Shown here: positions 63,706 through 64,000 of the stretch, in pieces | How positions within the stretch are numbered: the stretch's first letter is position 1 | Layout: each line of letters opens with the position of its first letter | Assembly: GCF_006345805.1 (NCBI RefSeq) | Contig: NC_043004.1 | Coordinates: 1,054,001-1,118,000, forward strand | Origin: Octopus sinensis | Lineage: Eukaryota | Length of the DNA: 64,000 nucleotides | Reading direction: 5' to 3' | The notes under the pieces: model-generated | Database searches by the model: none | Seen by the model: only the letters and a program-made list of their open reading frames with translations | What the model was told of the DNA's origin: nothing | Translations under genes and position numbers: made by a program

Positions 63706-64000
63706 CTTTGCCATCAAAAAACAATTCGAAGAATCCTTTCCAATCTCCATCGTATTGGAATGCCTTTAACTGGAATATATGATGGTACGCAGAGACAGCA
63801 GTATCCCGAGGGTTGCGTGTTAGGAAAATCATTTTAGGTTTTTTAGTAAATATCTCTTTTGGTAAATGGTGTAAGTAAAGGTGAGTATTAAACACTCTGG
63901 GTGATGGAAGCTGGTTTAAGCCGGTTTCGTCTGTTTTTTTCCATCATGGTAGCAGTTTTGCTTCCTGGATAGTATTCAGCTGGAACCATTGAGTAACATT
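63706..64000 (-). CDS. Cytosolic sulfotransferase exon (runs off window; two apparent +1 frameshifts)
   Basis: LPSPRVFNTHL..LP..KPKMIFLTRNPRDTAVSAYHH (3'-PAPS-binding motif)..FFDGK with AAG|GTAAG donor at 63706. Confidence 0.88.

Noticed and set aside
63896-63900. CAG as the acceptor of the sulfotransferase exon
   Set aside because: Family-like coding (LPSPR, MLLNG..EY) continues upstream, so this is not an exon boundary.

Overview
AT-rich animal genomic DNA saturated with repeats and microsatellites, probably octopus or another coleoid cephalopod (inferred from remembered SINE sequence, not from a search). The only host gene I can support is two minus-strand exons of a cytosolic sulfotransferase at the right edge. 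The rest is transposon-derived: non-autonomous Helitrons, two tRNA-derived SINE families, mariner/Tc1 and hAT relics, a solo-LTR-like unit, RLE-type LINEs (Dong/R4, CRE), Penelope-like elements (PLEs) and a 16.4-kb same-orientation array of Tx1/L1-clade LINEs. Main observations: (1) about 15 complete or partial type I hammerhead ribozyme motifs from about eight dissimilar sequence families. They have palindromic or near-palindromic stem III, and most sit in short non-coding foldback elements in (TA)n tracts. One bounds a 465-bp unit that replaces the RT of a Dong element. (2) A 22-nt 3' tail shared by a Tx1 LINE, an ORF1-only element and a SINE, suggesting one mobilisation system. (3) A Helitron split by a SINE and a 2.7-kb 23-bp satellite with a 518-bp higher-order repeat. 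All RNA structures were folded by eye, and no activity is shown. Several frameshifts fall in homopolymers and may be assembly errors.
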